64,000 nt of DNA. Source: an uncultured Clostridia bacterium. Its GTDB lineage: Bacteria; Bacillota; Clostridia; Christensenellales; UBA1242. The notes beneath the pieces are model-generated. The model worked only from the letters and a program-made list of their open reading frames with translations. It was not told the DNA's origin and searched no databases. The stretch is from contig CALWDZ010000007.1 of assembly GCA_944376845.1 (NCBI GenBank), forward strand, positions 1,294 to 65,293, given 5' to 3'. Positions 47,541-58,567 of the stretch are shown piece by piece; positions within the stretch are counted from its first letter, which is position 1; each line of letters begins with the position of its first letter. Both the position numbers and the translations under genes were made by a program.

Positions 47541-47646
47541 GTGTGTTATTTAAATAAAATATGTCTAAAATTATTATAAAGTAAAAAAAATGTTTGACTA
47601 ATATAAAGTATTTTCTTATAATTACTTAGTAATAATTGGAGATATA

Positions 47647-48975
47647 ATGGCTAAAAGATTTTCTATCATAAACTACGTTCTTGTTTCAATACTTGTAGCA
47701 ATAGGTTTATTTTTTTCCTTTGCATCTTTTAAAATTCCTTTTTATGTAAATGATTATGCGGGTTTTGCTGGAGCAATCTCGCTTTCTTACGATTTGGGCT
47801 CAGGACAAACTGCGGTATTTGATGTCGAACCTGTTTCAACAGACGCTGATTCTGTTACTGAAAAACAGATGGATGATACAGTTGAGTTTGTAAGGGATAT
47901 TTTGGCTTCGTTTGGTGGCGCATATAACCAGGTTGGTGTGCAAAACCAAAGTAGCATAAGAGTTCAAACTTTACAGTCAGATATAAGTTCGCAGTTAATG
48001 GAAGCACTCGGCACTCGCACTCAAATAGTTATAAGAGGCGAAGCGACTGAAGAAACAACTCAGTATGATATTTCTGCAAATACAATAAAAAGGTGTCTTG
48101 GAACTTATCAAACTACAAGCGCTTCGTCCACTTCATCTTCATATTCTTATGGAGTATATATTGAATTTGACACACAGGGAACTGAGCAATACAGAGAGCT
48201 TACTAACTATGTAGCAGATAATGGCAATACAGTCTATTTCTATACTATAGATGGCACACAATTAGGATCTTTCTCTGGAATTACAAGAGAAGTTACAACT
48301 GGTGCAACATTTTTACCGCTTTCGTCAGTAACATCTCAAGATGACGCTAATATGAATGCTATAAATATTCTTATGGGCTCTTTGGATGTTGAACTTACAA
48401 TGACCGAAAATGGAGTTACAACCGCTTATCTTGGATATAACACGGTTAACTATGTGGGTATTGCACTTTTAGTTGCTTTTGTTTGTCTATCAATTATTAT
48501 GATTGTTAGATATAGAGATTTGGGGTTAATATCACTTTTAACTAGTCTTATAAATATTGTGCTTTACCTATTTCTATTGCAAGCATTACCAATTGTGACA
48601 TTGTCACTTAGTGGCATAGTTGGTTGTGTTCTTGGATATTGTTTAACTGTTCTTTGTCATATTGTTTTGTTTGAAAAAATGAAAAAAGAATATGCAATGG
48701 GAAGGAAAATATCATTGTCATTTAAACTTGCATATAAAGATAGTTTGTTTACGATTTTGGACATAATGGCAATAGCATTAATAGGCAGTTTGGCATTGTA
48801 TTTTGTAGGATTTGATTTGTTAAAATCATTCGCAATTGGAATATTTATTGGAGGAGTATTATCAATATTTTCAATATATTGTGTCACAAGGCTTTTCACT
48901 AAATGGTATTTACCATTAAACAATACCAAAGAAAGTCACTTGGCTTTTAAAAGAGAGGTGACAGATGAAAACTAG
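47647..48975 (+). CDS. secD: protein translocase subunit SecD (divergent)
   Basis: N-terminal TM, large periplasmic-type domain and a C-terminal six-TM block (SLSGIVGCVLGYCL...FEKMKKEY...ILDIMAIALIG). Synteny with secF. Confidence 0.75.
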   Translation: MAKRFSIINYVLVSILVAIGLFFSFASFKIPFYVNDYAGFAGAISLSYDLGSGQTAVFDVEPVSTDADSVTEKQMDDTVEFVRDILASFGGAYNQVGVQNQSSIRVQTLQSDISSQLMEALGTRTQIVIRGEATEETTQYDISANTIKRCLGTYQTTSASSTSSSYSYGVYIEFDTQGTEQYRELTNYVADNGNTVYFYTIDGTQLGSFSGITREVTTGATFLPLSSVTSQDDANMNAINILMGSLDVELTMTENGVTTAYLGYNTVNYVGIALLVAFVCLSIIMIVRYRDLGLISLLTSLINIVLYLFLLQALPIVTLSLSGIVGCVLGYCLTVLCHIVLFEKMKKEYAMGRKISLSFKLAYKDSLFTILDIMAIALIGSLALYFVGFDLLKSFAIGIFIGGVLSIFSIYCVTRLFTKWYLPLNNTKESHLAFKREVTDEN

Positions 48976-50044
48976 TATTAGGTCAAAAATGGAAAATAGT
49001 AAATATAAATTTGCTCAAAACTTTTGGTATCATTTGATTGCTCCACTTTGTATAATAGTTTTGGCGCTAATTTTAGCACTTTGTTTTAATTTTAATTTAG
49101 GATTAGATTTTAAGGGAGGAACAGTTGCAACTGTAGTTGTGGAAGAAGATTTATTTGTTTCTGAAAATTATTCTAATGTCAAAACTACAATAGATGAAAT
49201 TTTATCTCAAAATGGAATAAACGGATTAGTATATCAAAAAGAAACCACTAACTATTATGGTGATGCAATTATCGTGAGATTTAATAGAATTGATGATACA
49301 GCAAGAGAAGAACTTAGGCAAGATTTAATTCAAGAATTTCATAGTGAAGCATCTCAAGATGATTTAGAACGATTTGTTAAAGTTGACAACTTTGAAGGTA
49401 ATGTTGATAGTGCAGTTCTTACATCAACAATTTTAGCGGTTTTGGTTGCAATAATATGTACAATGGTATACTTATGGATAAGACATGGAACAACCGCAGC
49501 GTTTTTATCTTTGTTTGTTGCAATATTCGATTTAGTAATTTCAACATCGTTGGTAGCGATTGTTAGAATTCCGGTTGAGATGTCAACAATTATCGCTTTG
49601 GCTTTTGTATCTATGTATTCAGTGATAACCACATATTTGTTTGTTAATGATGTGAACTCAAACATAAAACAAGAAAAATATTCAAAACTAGACAAAAACG
49701 AGATAGCAAATATAACAACAAAACGTGGAATAATACAAAAACTATCCATTTCACTAATACTGCTTATATTCGTACTTTTACTTGGTGTTGTACCAACATA
49801 TCAAGTAAGAAGTTTAACTGTACCATGCTTGATTGGTGTAATTGTTGTATTCTTGACATCATTATTTATAACCCCAGGTTTTTGGTCTTTGACGTATATA
49901 AAGAGAAGGGCATCTACAAAATCTCAAAAGCAAACTAAGCAAGTTGTAGAGGAACCAAAACTCGCTGAAGAAGATATTACTAAAGAACCAGAGGTAATAG
50001 TCGAAACTGAAGAAAAAGAAAACATAAAAGATTCCGTAAAATAA
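48965..50044 (+). CDS. secF: protein translocase subunit SecF (divergent)
   Basis: LGLDFKGGTV at the start of the P1 domain and a C-terminal six-TM block. Overlaps the secD stop. Confidence 0.72.
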   Translation: MKTSIRSKMENSKYKFAQNFWYHLIAPLCIIVLALILALCFNFNLGLDFKGGTVATVVVEEDLFVSENYSNVKTTIDEILSQNGINGLVYQKETTNYYGDAIIVRFNRIDDTAREELRQDLIQEFHSEASQDDLERFVKVDNFEGNVDSAVLTSTILAVLVAIICTMVYLWIRHGTTAAFLSLFVAIFDLVISTSLVAIVRIPVEMSTIIALAFVSMYSVITTYLFVNDVNSNIKQEKYSKLDKNEIANITTKRGIIQKLSISLILLIFVLLLGVVPTYQVRSLTVPCLIGVIVVFLTSLFITPGFWSLTYIKRRASTKSQKQTKQVVEEPKLAEEDITKEPEVIVETEEKENIKDSVK

Positions 50045-50153
50045 TACGGAATTTTTTATTAAAATTTTTAAGAATATTATTTTGTAGAATAGTAAGTTAT
50101 GTAGTATAATCAATCCATAAGGTGTTTTCTGCGTTTAGCAGAAGGGTAGATTT

Positions 50154-52544
50154 ATGAATTTGATTAAATATTATAACGAAAGTGCTGATAGCACTCGTAT
50201 TTTGGAATATTCCAAACAATTTAATGTTGATCCTAAAGTTATGGAAATTATCTTTTCAAAAGGATATACAACGCCAGAAGAGATAAGTGTTTTTTTGACG
50301 CCTACTGACCAAAAATTTGTTGATCCTTTTAAATTATCCGGGATGAAACAATGTGTGGATAAAATACAAGAAGCAATTTATGAAAAAAAACGTATTTTGG
50401 TTTTTGGAGATTATGATGTTGATGGTATGTCTGCAACTGCCATTATGTTGAAGATGTTATCTAAAAAAGGTGTAAAAGCAGATTATTATTTGCCTAATCG
50501 TTTTGTTGATGGATATGGTCTTACAAATGATGTAATTGATAAATTGAATGCCGAACTTTCTCCACAATTGATAATAACTGTTGACTGTGGTATTACTTGT
50601 TATGAGCAAGTTGAGTATTGCAAAAAATTGGGGATAGATATCATAATCACAGATCATCATGAGTTACCTGAAATTTTACCAGACACAATAATAGTTAATC
50701 CCAAAATTTTAAATCAAGAATACACATTTAATGGTCTATGCGGTACAGGAGTGGCGTTCAAAATAGCACAGGCAATTATGCAAGATGATTGTGAGGAATT
50801 TTTGCCAATTGCTGCCATAGCAACAATTGCAGATATAGTGCCTCTAAAAGATGAAAATCGAGTTATTGTAGCAAAAGGATTGAAGTGCTTAAATAATTAT
50901 TTGCCATATGGCTTAAAACTACTATTCAAGCAAAATAAACTTAATTTAGACCGCGTTGATTCAAGTGATATTGCATTTAAAATTGCACCAAAACTCAATG
51001 CAACTGGAAGAATGGGAGATGCATCAATATCACTTAAACTTATGCTTGAAACTGATATTGTAAAAATAAAAGAACTCTTGGGAAAAATCACAGAGTGCAA
51101 CACCAAAAGGCAGGATCTATGTTCCAAAGTCTTTGATGATTGTGAAGAAATGCTAAAAGATAAAAATATGTCCAAATTACCGGCTATTATTTTAAAATCT
51201 GACGAGTGGGATAGTGGTATCCTTGGAATCGTATGCTCAAGACTACTTGATATTTATAACAGACCCGTTATTTTGCTTTCGCAAAATGGAGATATTTTAA
51301 AGGGATCCGCTAGAAGTATAGATGATGTCAATATTCATCAAGTACTTAGTTCTGTTCATGATATATTGGATGTCTTTGGTGGACACAAGGTTGCAGCAGG
51401 TTTAACCCTCAATGTAAAAAATTATGATGAATTTTGCAATAGAATATATTCATATATGATTCAAAATATAAGTGGAAGAGCGTTTGTTCCAATTGAGTAT
51501 TATGATTTACAATTAAAAGAAAATGATTTAACTGAAAAATTCTATGATGATTTGTCTTTAATTGAACCATGTGGTTGCGATAATCCAAAACCTAAATTTT
51601 TAGTCAAAACAAATAGATTAAGACTTCGTCCACTTAAACCAAATTCTTTGCATGCGTATATCGGTATAAATAACAAGTTGAGTTTATTATTTTTTAATTA
51701 TTTAAAACATATAGGCAAATTAAATTTTGCAACAGAGTATGAGTTTGTTTTTGAATTCCAAGAAAAGCGAAAAGGAACATATAAGGGAATTGTAAAAACT
51801 TTTAATACCAATAATGATGTCAGGAAAAGTGCTGATAAATATCTTGATCCATTCAAATTATCACAATTTAGATTTTCGTTTTTGAAAAAAGAGCCTAAAT
51901 ATAACACATATGAAATAGGTGAGTTGTTGGATTTCATAGTAGATTGTTCAACCAATACTTTCGGCACAACATTTGTTTCATATAATTGTGAAAATTATAG
52001 AAAATTCATCAACAACTATGATATTTCAAATATTTTTGATGTAGATATTTTAAATAAAGTGGCTACTGGATTTAATTCATTGATATTGTGTCCAACAGAT
52101 TTAGAATTTGCTAAAAATTGCCAAAAAATAGTTTTTTTAGATGAGATTTATGATACCACCTTTTTAGCGAAAATCAATGAAATTTCAGATGCTCAAATAT
52201 TTATTCCAAAAAATATAAAAAGCGATAATAAACTACTTGTAAATTTAAATTTAAATCGTGGAGAACTAAGTAAATTTTATAAAAATATTTTAAAATTAGA
52301 AAATATGAAATTTACTGGCATTTTTGCAATTTATTCATCTATGGTTCGTGATTTAAAATATAATTTAAATTTTAATAATTTTCTTGCTTATTATTATATT
52401 TTATCTGAATTAAATATTCTTTCTTCAAAGTTAGCAGATGGACTTTTTTACTTTGAAATAAATAAAAATATAAAAACCAATTTAAATGCTTCAAAAATAT
52501 ATAATACAATTAATTTCATAAGGAGGGTATATGCAAGAAATTGA
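50154..52544 (+). CDS. recJ: single-stranded-DNA-specific exonuclease RecJ
   Basis: DHH motifs VFGDYDVDGMSA, TVDCGI, IITDHH; DHHA1 motif GGHKVAAG. The C-terminal third is A+T-rich and poorly conserved. Confidence 0.9.
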   Translation: MNLIKYYNESADSTRILEYSKQFNVDPKVMEIIFSKGYTTPEEISVFLTPTDQKFVDPFKLSGMKQCVDKIQEAIYEKKRILVFGDYDVDGMSATAIMLKMLSKKGVKADYYLPNRFVDGYGLTNDVIDKLNAELSPQLIITVDCGITCYEQVEYCKKLGIDIIITDHHELPEILPDTIIVNPKILNQEYTFNGLCGTGVAFKIAQAIMQDDCEEFLPIAAIATIADIVPLKDENRVIVAKGLKCLNNYLPYGLKLLFKQNKLNLDRVDSSDIAFKIAPKLNATGRMGDASISLKLMLETDIVKIKELLGKITECNTKRQDLCSKVFDDCEEMLKDKNMSKLPAIILKSDEWDSGILGIVCSRLLDIYNRPVILLSQNGDILKGSARSIDDVNIHQVLSSVHDILDVFGGHKVAAGLTLNVKNYDEFCNRIYSYMIQNISGRAFVPIEYYDLQLKENDLTEKFYDDLSLIEPCGCDNPKPKFLVKTNRLRLRPLKPNSLHAYIGINNKLSLLFFNYLKHIGKLNFATEYEFVFEFQEKRKGTYKGIVKTFNTNNDVRKSADKYLDPFKLSQFRFSFLKKEPKYNTYEIGELLDFIVDCSTNTFGTTFVSYNCENYRKFINNYDISNIFDVDILNKVATGFNSLILCPTDLEFAKNCQKIVFLDEIYDTTFLAKINEISDAQIFIPKNIKSDNKLLVNLNLNRGELSKFYKNILKLENMKFTGIFAIYSSMVRDLKYNLNFNNFLAYYYILSELNILSSKLADGLFYFEINKNIKTNLNASKIYNTINFIRRVYARN

Positions 52545-54630
52545 AAATTTAATAATTAAAAATTTTGAATTAAGTGATTCTGATAAACAATTATTTTCAT
52601 CTGTTTGCTTTAACATAAAAGATACAAATAGAACAAGCGAAATTGTAAAAGCCTTGATTGATTTTCGTTTAGATTTTCATTCTATAATTGCATATCTTGC
52701 TTATGAGAGCAATTATAATTTTAATGAGAATGTAGATAGTGATATTTCAAAAATTTATAATACACTAAAAAGTGCTTTTGTAATAACAGAAGGAATGTCA
52801 AAGCAAGAGCAAGCAGATGTTATACGTAAAATGTTTATTGCTATGAGCAATGATGTACGAGTTATAGTTATAAGATTGTATATGATGCTTTATGATATTT
52901 CAAATTTTACTTTACCTATAACAAAAGAACAAAAGCAGATGCTTATAAACATTAGAGATATTTATGCACCACTGGCTGAAAGATTAGGGCTAAATTCTTT
53001 AAAATCAAACTTAGAAGATTATTGCTTAAAACTTTTGAGTCCTAAAACATATGAAAATTTATCTAAAAGCGTAATGCTCCAACGAGATGCAAATGAAGAG
53101 CAAATAAATGTAACCAAACAAAAATTACAACAAATTCTTGATGAACTAGGTTTAAAAGATGCTGTTATCATGGCTAGGCAAAAACATTTCTCTAGCATTT
53201 ATAAGAAAATCAAAACAAAAGGTGAAAGTTTGGCAAATATATATGACCTTATTGCACTTCGTGTTTTGGTAGAAAAAGTTGAAGAATGTTATGCTGTTCT
53301 TGGTAAAATTCATGCTATATATAAGCCAATGGAAGGTAGAATAAAAGACTATATTGCGTCGCCAAAACCAAATGGTTATCAATCACTTCATACAACTATA
53401 ATTGCTGAAAATAAAAGACCGCTTGAAATTCAAATTAGAACTTTTGAAATGCATAAATTGGCAGAGTATGGAGTATTTGCACATTGGCTTTACAAAGAAA
53501 AGAAAAATGGACTTGAAAGCGAACTTGATAAAAAAATATCTTGGCTTCGAGAGATTATGGAAAGTTCCAAAGATCTTTCAAGCGAAGAATTTATTGACAC
53601 TTTAAAAACCAACCTTTGTGAAGGGCAAATATATGTTCAAACACCAAAAGGAAAAGTGCTAGAATTTGTTGAAGGAGCAACGGTGCTGGACTTTGCGTAT
53701 GCAATTCATTCTGATGTTGGGAACTTTTGTGTAGGCGCTAAGGTAAATGGAAAGATCAAACCCCTCGGTACAAAATTACAAAATGGTGATATTGTTGAAA
53801 TAATTACTTCGCAAAATTCAAAGGGTCCTTCAAAAGATTGGCTAAAGATTGTCGTTACTTCTAATGCCAAATCAAAGATAAATAGCTATTTTAAGCATGA
53901 ACTTAAAGAAGAGAATATTAAACTTGGTTTAAATATGCTTGAACAAGGCATTAAAAATCGAGGATATTCTCCTGCAAAAATTCTTACTGATAAATATCTT
54001 GATATGAGTCATTTCAAATTTGCGTTTAAAACAAAAGAAGAATTATTTGCTGCAATAGGTTATGGTACAGTATCTGCAAATAATATTAGTAACAAACTAT
54101 GTCAAATGTATGAAAACGACCATCCACAAGAAACTTTTGTTTCAACAAACAATTCAAACACATCTCCTTCTCTATTGATAAAAAAGAATAAGGACGGCAT
54201 ATTGGTTGACGGAGACAGCGGTATGCTAATAAGATATGCTGGATGCTGTACGCCAGTTTTTGGCGAAGAAATTATAGGATATGTTTCGCGTGGTAGAGGA
54301 GTGACTATTCATCGAAAAGATTGTCCAAATCTTAGATATTTGGAGCAAGAGAGATTGATAGATGCGGTTTGGGACGATAGTGTAACGTCAAAATCTACAT
54401 CAGTCGTAATTAAAATAATTTCATCTACATCAGATGGATTTTTGGCCAAACTTACACAAGAAATCTTAAGTGCTGGTTATAAAATTTTGGGCTTGGAGAG
54501 TAAGGTCTTAGGAGATAAAACAAATACTACACTTAAAACTGAGGTTAAAAAACTTGAAGATATTACAAAACTAATAAATATTTTAAAATTAATTGGTGGA
54601 GTTGAAGAAGTATTTAGGGCAGGTAATTAA
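52531..54630 (+). CDS. relA: RelA/SpoT-family (p)ppGpp synthetase with a degenerate HD hydrolase domain
   Basis: Intact synthetase (YDLIALRVLV, GYQSLHTTI, EIQIRT.EMH..AEYG.AHW.YKE), TGS and ACT domains. The N-terminal domain lacks the HP, HD and DRLHN signatures. Confidence 0.88.
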   Translation: MQEIENLIIKNFELSDSDKQLFSSVCFNIKDTNRTSEIVKALIDFRLDFHSIIAYLAYESNYNFNENVDSDISKIYNTLKSAFVITEGMSKQEQADVIRKMFIAMSNDVRVIVIRLYMMLYDISNFTLPITKEQKQMLINIRDIYAPLAERLGLNSLKSNLEDYCLKLLSPKTYENLSKSVMLQRDANEEQINVTKQKLQQILDELGLKDAVIMARQKHFSSIYKKIKTKGESLANIYDLIALRVLVEKVEECYAVLGKIHAIYKPMEGRIKDYIASPKPNGYQSLHTTIIAENKRPLEIQIRTFEMHKLAEYGVFAHWLYKEKKNGLESELDKKISWLREIMESSKDLSSEEFIDTLKTNLCEGQIYVQTPKGKVLEFVEGATVLDFAYAIHSDVGNFCVGAKVNGKIKPLGTKLQNGDIVEIITSQNSKGPSKDWLKIVVTSNAKSKINSYFKHELKEENIKLGLNMLEQGIKNRGYSPAKILTDKYLDMSHFKFAFKTKEELFAAIGYGTVSANNISNKLCQMYENDHPQETFVSTNNSNTSPSLLIKKNKDGILVDGDSGMLIRYAGCCTPVFGEEIIGYVSRGRGVTIHRKDCPNLRYLEQERLIDAVWDDSVTSKSTSVVIKIISSTSDGFLAKLTQEILSAGYKILGLESKVLGDKTNTTLKTEVKKLEDITKLINILKLIGGVEEVFRAGN

Positions 54631-56046
54631 ATGAAAATTATTACAAACTATGACACAATAAAAAATGATTTATATGATGTAATGCATCTTTATTATCCAG
54701 ATAATGAAATTGATGATAATAAACCGATTTTAACACACAAGATGCTACGTGATAAAAATAATGTTGAAAATATATATACCATAGAGGCTGATGATGGCAC
54801 TTTTGACTTTTCAGAAAAACGTGTAATAGACCAAAAAAGTGGTGACTTACTAGATGAAAAACGTCAATTAAAGAGATTTGCAAAACTCAGTTTATACAAA
54901 ATGCTCTCAAAACATTTTGATAAAAATATGCCTTGGGGTTCACTTACGGGAGTAAGACCCACTAAAATTGGTTATGATTTGATAAATCAAGGAGTACCGC
55001 CATATCTTTTGCAACAAGCACTTATGGAAAATTTTTTATTATCATCTGATAAAGCCAGACTGGTTGAAATGGTTATACAAAATCAAAGATGTATAATAAG
55101 AAACGATAAACTGGTTGATTTATATATAAACATTCCTATTTGCCCAACAAGATGCACATACTGTTCTTTTATTTCATCACAATATGATGACGTTAAGGAC
55201 ATGATGGACAAATACCTCGAAGCACTTATTAAAGAAATAAATGCAACAAAAAAACTTATTCAAGAAAATTCTTATATATTAAGGACAATATACATTGGTG
55301 GAGGAACTCCAACTGTGCTTACGGACAAACAATTAGATTATCTTCTAGACAACCTAAATTATCCAGTAAGTGAATTTACGGTTGAATGTGGTAGACCGGA
55401 CACTATTACTAAAGAAAAACTTGATGTATTAAAAAAGCATAATGTAACACGTATTAGTATAAACCCACAAACGTTTAATGACGCAACACTAAAATGTATA
55501 GGAAGAAAACATACCGTAAAAGATACCATAATGGCTTATAAATTATCACTTAAATATGATTTTGTTGTCAATATGGACATCATTGCTGGGCTACCTAAAG
55601 AGTCATTTTCAACTTTTAAGAAAAGTGTTGATACGTTAATGGAACTTGCTCCTGATAATATTACAGTGCATACATTGGCAATAAAAAGAGGCTCACTAAT
55701 AAGTGAAGATAAGCCAGAAGTTACTAATAAATTGGTTGATAAAATGGTAAGTTATGCTGAAAGTACATTGCACGACAATGGCTATAAACCATATTATCTT
55801 TACAGACAAAAAAATCAATTGGACGGGCAGGAAAATGTAGGTTACTATAAAGAACATATTTGTCTTTTCAACGTTGATACAATGGAAGAATGTTTGTCCG
55901 TTATTGCGTGTGGTGCTGGTGGAATTTCTAAGCGTGTATTTAATTTAGAAAATAGAATAGAACGCGAGGCAAATGTCAAAGATATAAAACAATATATAGA
56001 CAGAGTTGACGAAATGATAGAGAAAAAAGCAAAACTTTTTTCTTAA
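54631..56046 (+). CDS. hemZ: radical SAM coproporphyrinogen dehydrogenase-like protein HemZ
   Basis: YINIPICPTRCTYCSF radical-SAM motif, IGGGTPT, about 470 aa with a long N-terminal extension typical of HemZ. Confidence 0.8.
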   Translation: MKIITNYDTIKNDLYDVMHLYYPDNEIDDNKPILTHKMLRDKNNVENIYTIEADDGTFDFSEKRVIDQKSGDLLDEKRQLKRFAKLSLYKMLSKHFDKNMPWGSLTGVRPTKIGYDLINQGVPPYLLQQALMENFLLSSDKARLVEMVIQNQRCIIRNDKLVDLYINIPICPTRCTYCSFISSQYDDVKDMMDKYLEALIKEINATKKLIQENSYILRTIYIGGGTPTVLTDKQLDYLLDNLNYPVSEFTVECGRPDTITKEKLDVLKKHNVTRISINPQTFNDATLKCIGRKHTVKDTIMAYKLSLKYDFVVNMDIIAGLPKESFSTFKKSVDTLMELAPDNITVHTLAIKRGSLISEDKPEVTNKLVDKMVSYAESTLHDNGYKPYYLYRQKNQLDGQENVGYYKEHICLFNVDTMEECLSVIACGAGGISKRVFNLENRIEREANVKDIKQYIDRVDEMIEKKAKLFS

Positions 56047-56161
56047 AAATGCTAGACATATTTTATAACCTATGATATTATTTATTAGTCCTAAGGCACA
56101 GGTACACGACTTCCTCTATCGGTATTCTTTGTCTATGGCGTAACTTAAGTAAGGAGGAAAT

Positions 56162-56422
56162 ATGGAAAAAGCAAGAAAACAAGAAATAATTGCACAATTT
56201 GCACAGTCTAAAAATGATACTGGTTCTGCTCAAGTTCAAATCGCTCTTTTAACAGAGAGAATAAATGAACTTACTGAACATTTGAAAGTTAATAAAAAAG
56301 ACAATCATTCAAGACGTGGATTATTAAAACTTGTTGGTAAAAGAAAAGGCTTTTTGTCTTATCTTGAAAAGAAAGACATAGATGCTTATCGTGAACTTAA
56401 AAAACAACTAAACATAAGATAG
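56162..56422 (+). CDS. rpsO: 30S ribosomal protein S15
   Basis: [39 protein letters not shown]. Confidence 0.95.
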   Translation: MEKARKQEIIAQFAQSKNDTGSAQVQIALLTERINELTEHLKVNKKDNHSRRGLLKLVGKRKGFLSYLEKKDIDAYRELKKQLNIR

Positions 56423-56429
56423 TTATTAG

Positions 56430-56460
56430 CAAGGGGGAAATTGCCCCCTTTTATTTTTTA
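56430..56460 (+). terminator. rho-independent terminator after rpsO
   Basis: Hairpin AAGGGGG/CCCCCTT followed by a T-rich run. Confidence 0.7.
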
Positions 56461-56476
56461 TTAAAAGAGGTATTTT

Positions 56477-58567
56477 ATGAGCAATATAGCAAAAGTTTAT
56501 GAAACCGAAATTGGCGGTAAAAAAGTTGTTGTAGAAACAGGAAAGTATTGTGAACAATCCAATGGTTCATGTATTGTAAGATGTGGTGAAACTGTTGTCA
56601 TGGTTAATGTAACAATGGCAAAACAACCCCGTGATGGTATTGACTTTTTCCCACTTGGAGTAGATTTTGAAGAAAAAATGTACTCTGTCGGGAAAATTCC
56701 TGGTGGATATAAAAGAAGAGAAGGGCGACCAGCAGATAAAGCAATACTTGTATCAAGACTTATTGATAGACCACTAAGACCATTGTTTCCAAAAGGATTT
56801 TACAATGATGTTTCTGTGGTAGCAACTGCACTTTCAGTTGACCCAGATGTCGCAATTGAACCACTCGCAATGCTTGGTTCATCAATCGCTTTAACAATTT
56901 CAGATATACCATTCCAAGGACCAACAGGCTCTGTACTTGTTTCTTGTGTAGATGGCAAGTTTATAGTTAATGGAACAGAAGAAGAGCGTGCAAAAAGCAA
57001 TATGCACTTAACTGTTAGTGGAACACATGATGCTATATTAATGGTTGAAGCTGGAGCAAACGAGGTTCCTGAAGACGTGATGATTGACGCTATAATGTTT
57101 GCTCATGAAGAAATTAAAAAACAAGTTGAATTTCAACTTAAAATGAAAGAAGAGATTGGCAAACCAGTAAGTGAATATGTTTCATTCCTTCCACAAGAAG
57201 ATCTTAAAAATGCGGTTAAAGAATATGCATACGACAAACTGGTTAAAGCACTTGATACCTTTGATAGACACACAAGACAACAAAATCAAGATGAAGTAGA
57301 TGCAGATGTTAAACAACATTTTGCAGAGATTTATCCAGATAGAGAACAAGAAATTGGTAGTGTATTGTATGCTCTTACAAAAGAAATAGTCAGAAAGAAA
57401 ATAATTAATGATGGAATAAGACCAGACGGAAGAAAACTTACAGAAATTCGTCCTATTTGGTGTGAAGTAGGTGTTTTACCAAGAGTACACGGCACTGGTG
57501 TATTTACTAGAGGACAAACTCAAGTTTTAACTACTTGTACACTAGGGCCAATATCTGAGGCACAAGAAATTGAAATACTGGATGAGGATGAAGAAGTTAA
57601 ACGTTATATTCACCATTACAATATGCCACCATACGCAACTGGAGAAGCAAAGCCATTACGTTCACCAGGTAGAAGGGAAATAGGTCATGGGGCATTAGCA
57701 GAAAGGGCTTTAGTTCCTGTAATTCCTAGTGAGGAAGAATTCCCTTATGCAATAAGACTTGTAAGTGAAGTATTATCATCAAATGGTTCATCGTCCATGG
57801 CATCAACTTGTGGTTCAACTCTTGCGCTTATGGATGCTGGCGTTCCTATCAGTGCTCCTGTTGCAGGTATTGCTATGGGTTTAATTAAGGATACCGAACA
57901 AAATAAAGTGGCTGTTCTTAGCGATATTCAAGGTCTTGAAGATTTCTTTGGTGATATGGACTTTAAAGTTACAGGCACAACCAAAGGGATAACTGCTATC
58001 CAAATGGATATAAAGATTAAAGGAATTGATAAACAAATTCTTACAACAGCATTAAACCAGGCACGAGAGGGAAGACTTTACATTATGGATAAAATGCTAC
58101 AGGTCATCTCAAAACCTAGAAAAGAATTATCAAAATATGCACCAAAAATTATTACTTTCAATATCAACCCAGACAAAATTAAGGATGTCATAGGTAGTGG
58201 TGGTAAAGTTATAAATAAAATTATTGCTGAAACAAATGTTAAAATAGACATTGATGACGATGGTAGAGTTTATGTTTCAACGCCAGATACAGATATGGCA
58301 CAAAGGGCTAAAGAAATTATTTTAAATATCGCCGAAGATTTTGAGGTTGGTAAAATTTATTCTGGAAAGGTTATCAAGACCACAACATTTGGTGCTTTTG
58401 TTGAAGTCGCACAAAATAAAGAAGGTATGATTCATATCAGTAAGTTGAGCGACAAAAAAGTAAAGAAAGTTGAAGATGTTGTAAATGTTGGAGATAGCGT
58501 ACAAGTTGAAGTTATAAAAATTGATGACAAAGGTCGAGTTGATTTTAGGCTTGTCGCTAAAGAATAA
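56477..58567 (+). CDS. pnp: polyribonucleotide nucleotidyltransferase
   Basis: Two RNase PH domains (RPLRPLFP, RPDGR...IRPI), a KH domain (GSGGKVINKI) and S1 (GKVIKTTTFGAFVE). Confidence 0.95.
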   Translation: MSNIAKVYETEIGGKKVVVETGKYCEQSNGSCIVRCGETVVMVNVTMAKQPRDGIDFFPLGVDFEEKMYSVGKIPGGYKRREGRPADKAILVSRLIDRPLRPLFPKGFYNDVSVVATALSVDPDVAIEPLAMLGSSIALTISDIPFQGPTGSVLVSCVDGKFIVNGTEEERAKSNMHLTVSGTHDAILMVEAGANEVPEDVMIDAIMFAHEEIKKQVEFQLKMKEEIGKPVSEYVSFLPQEDLKNAVKEYAYDKLVKALDTFDRHTRQQNQDEVDADVKQHFAEIYPDREQEIGSVLYALTKEIVRKKIINDGIRPDGRKLTEIRPIWCEVGVLPRVHGTGVFTRGQTQVLTTCTLGPISEAQEIEILDEDEEVKRYIHHYNMPPYATGEAKPLRSPGRREIGHGALAERALVPVIPSEEEFPYAIRLVSEVLSSNGSSSMASTCGSTLALMDAGVPISAPVAGIAMGLIKDTEQNKVAVLSDIQGLEDFFGDMDFKVTGTTKGITAIQMDIKIKGIDKQILTTALNQAREGRLYIMDKMLQVISKPRKELSKYAPKIITFNINPDKIKDVIGSGGKVINKIIAETNVKIDIDDDGRVYVSTPDTDMAQRAKEIILNIAEDFEVGKIYSGKVIKTTTFGAFVEVAQNKEGMIHISKLSDKKVKKVEDVVNVGDSVQVEVIKIDDKGRVDFRLVAKE

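Noticed and set aside
51600-52544. A+T-rich, Asn/Lys/Phe-rich C-terminal third of RecJ, considered as a possible separate gene or insertion.
   Set aside because: It is in frame and continuous with the DHH/DHHA1 core. The total length is similar to Bacillus RecJ. It is most simply a poorly conserved C-terminal domain.
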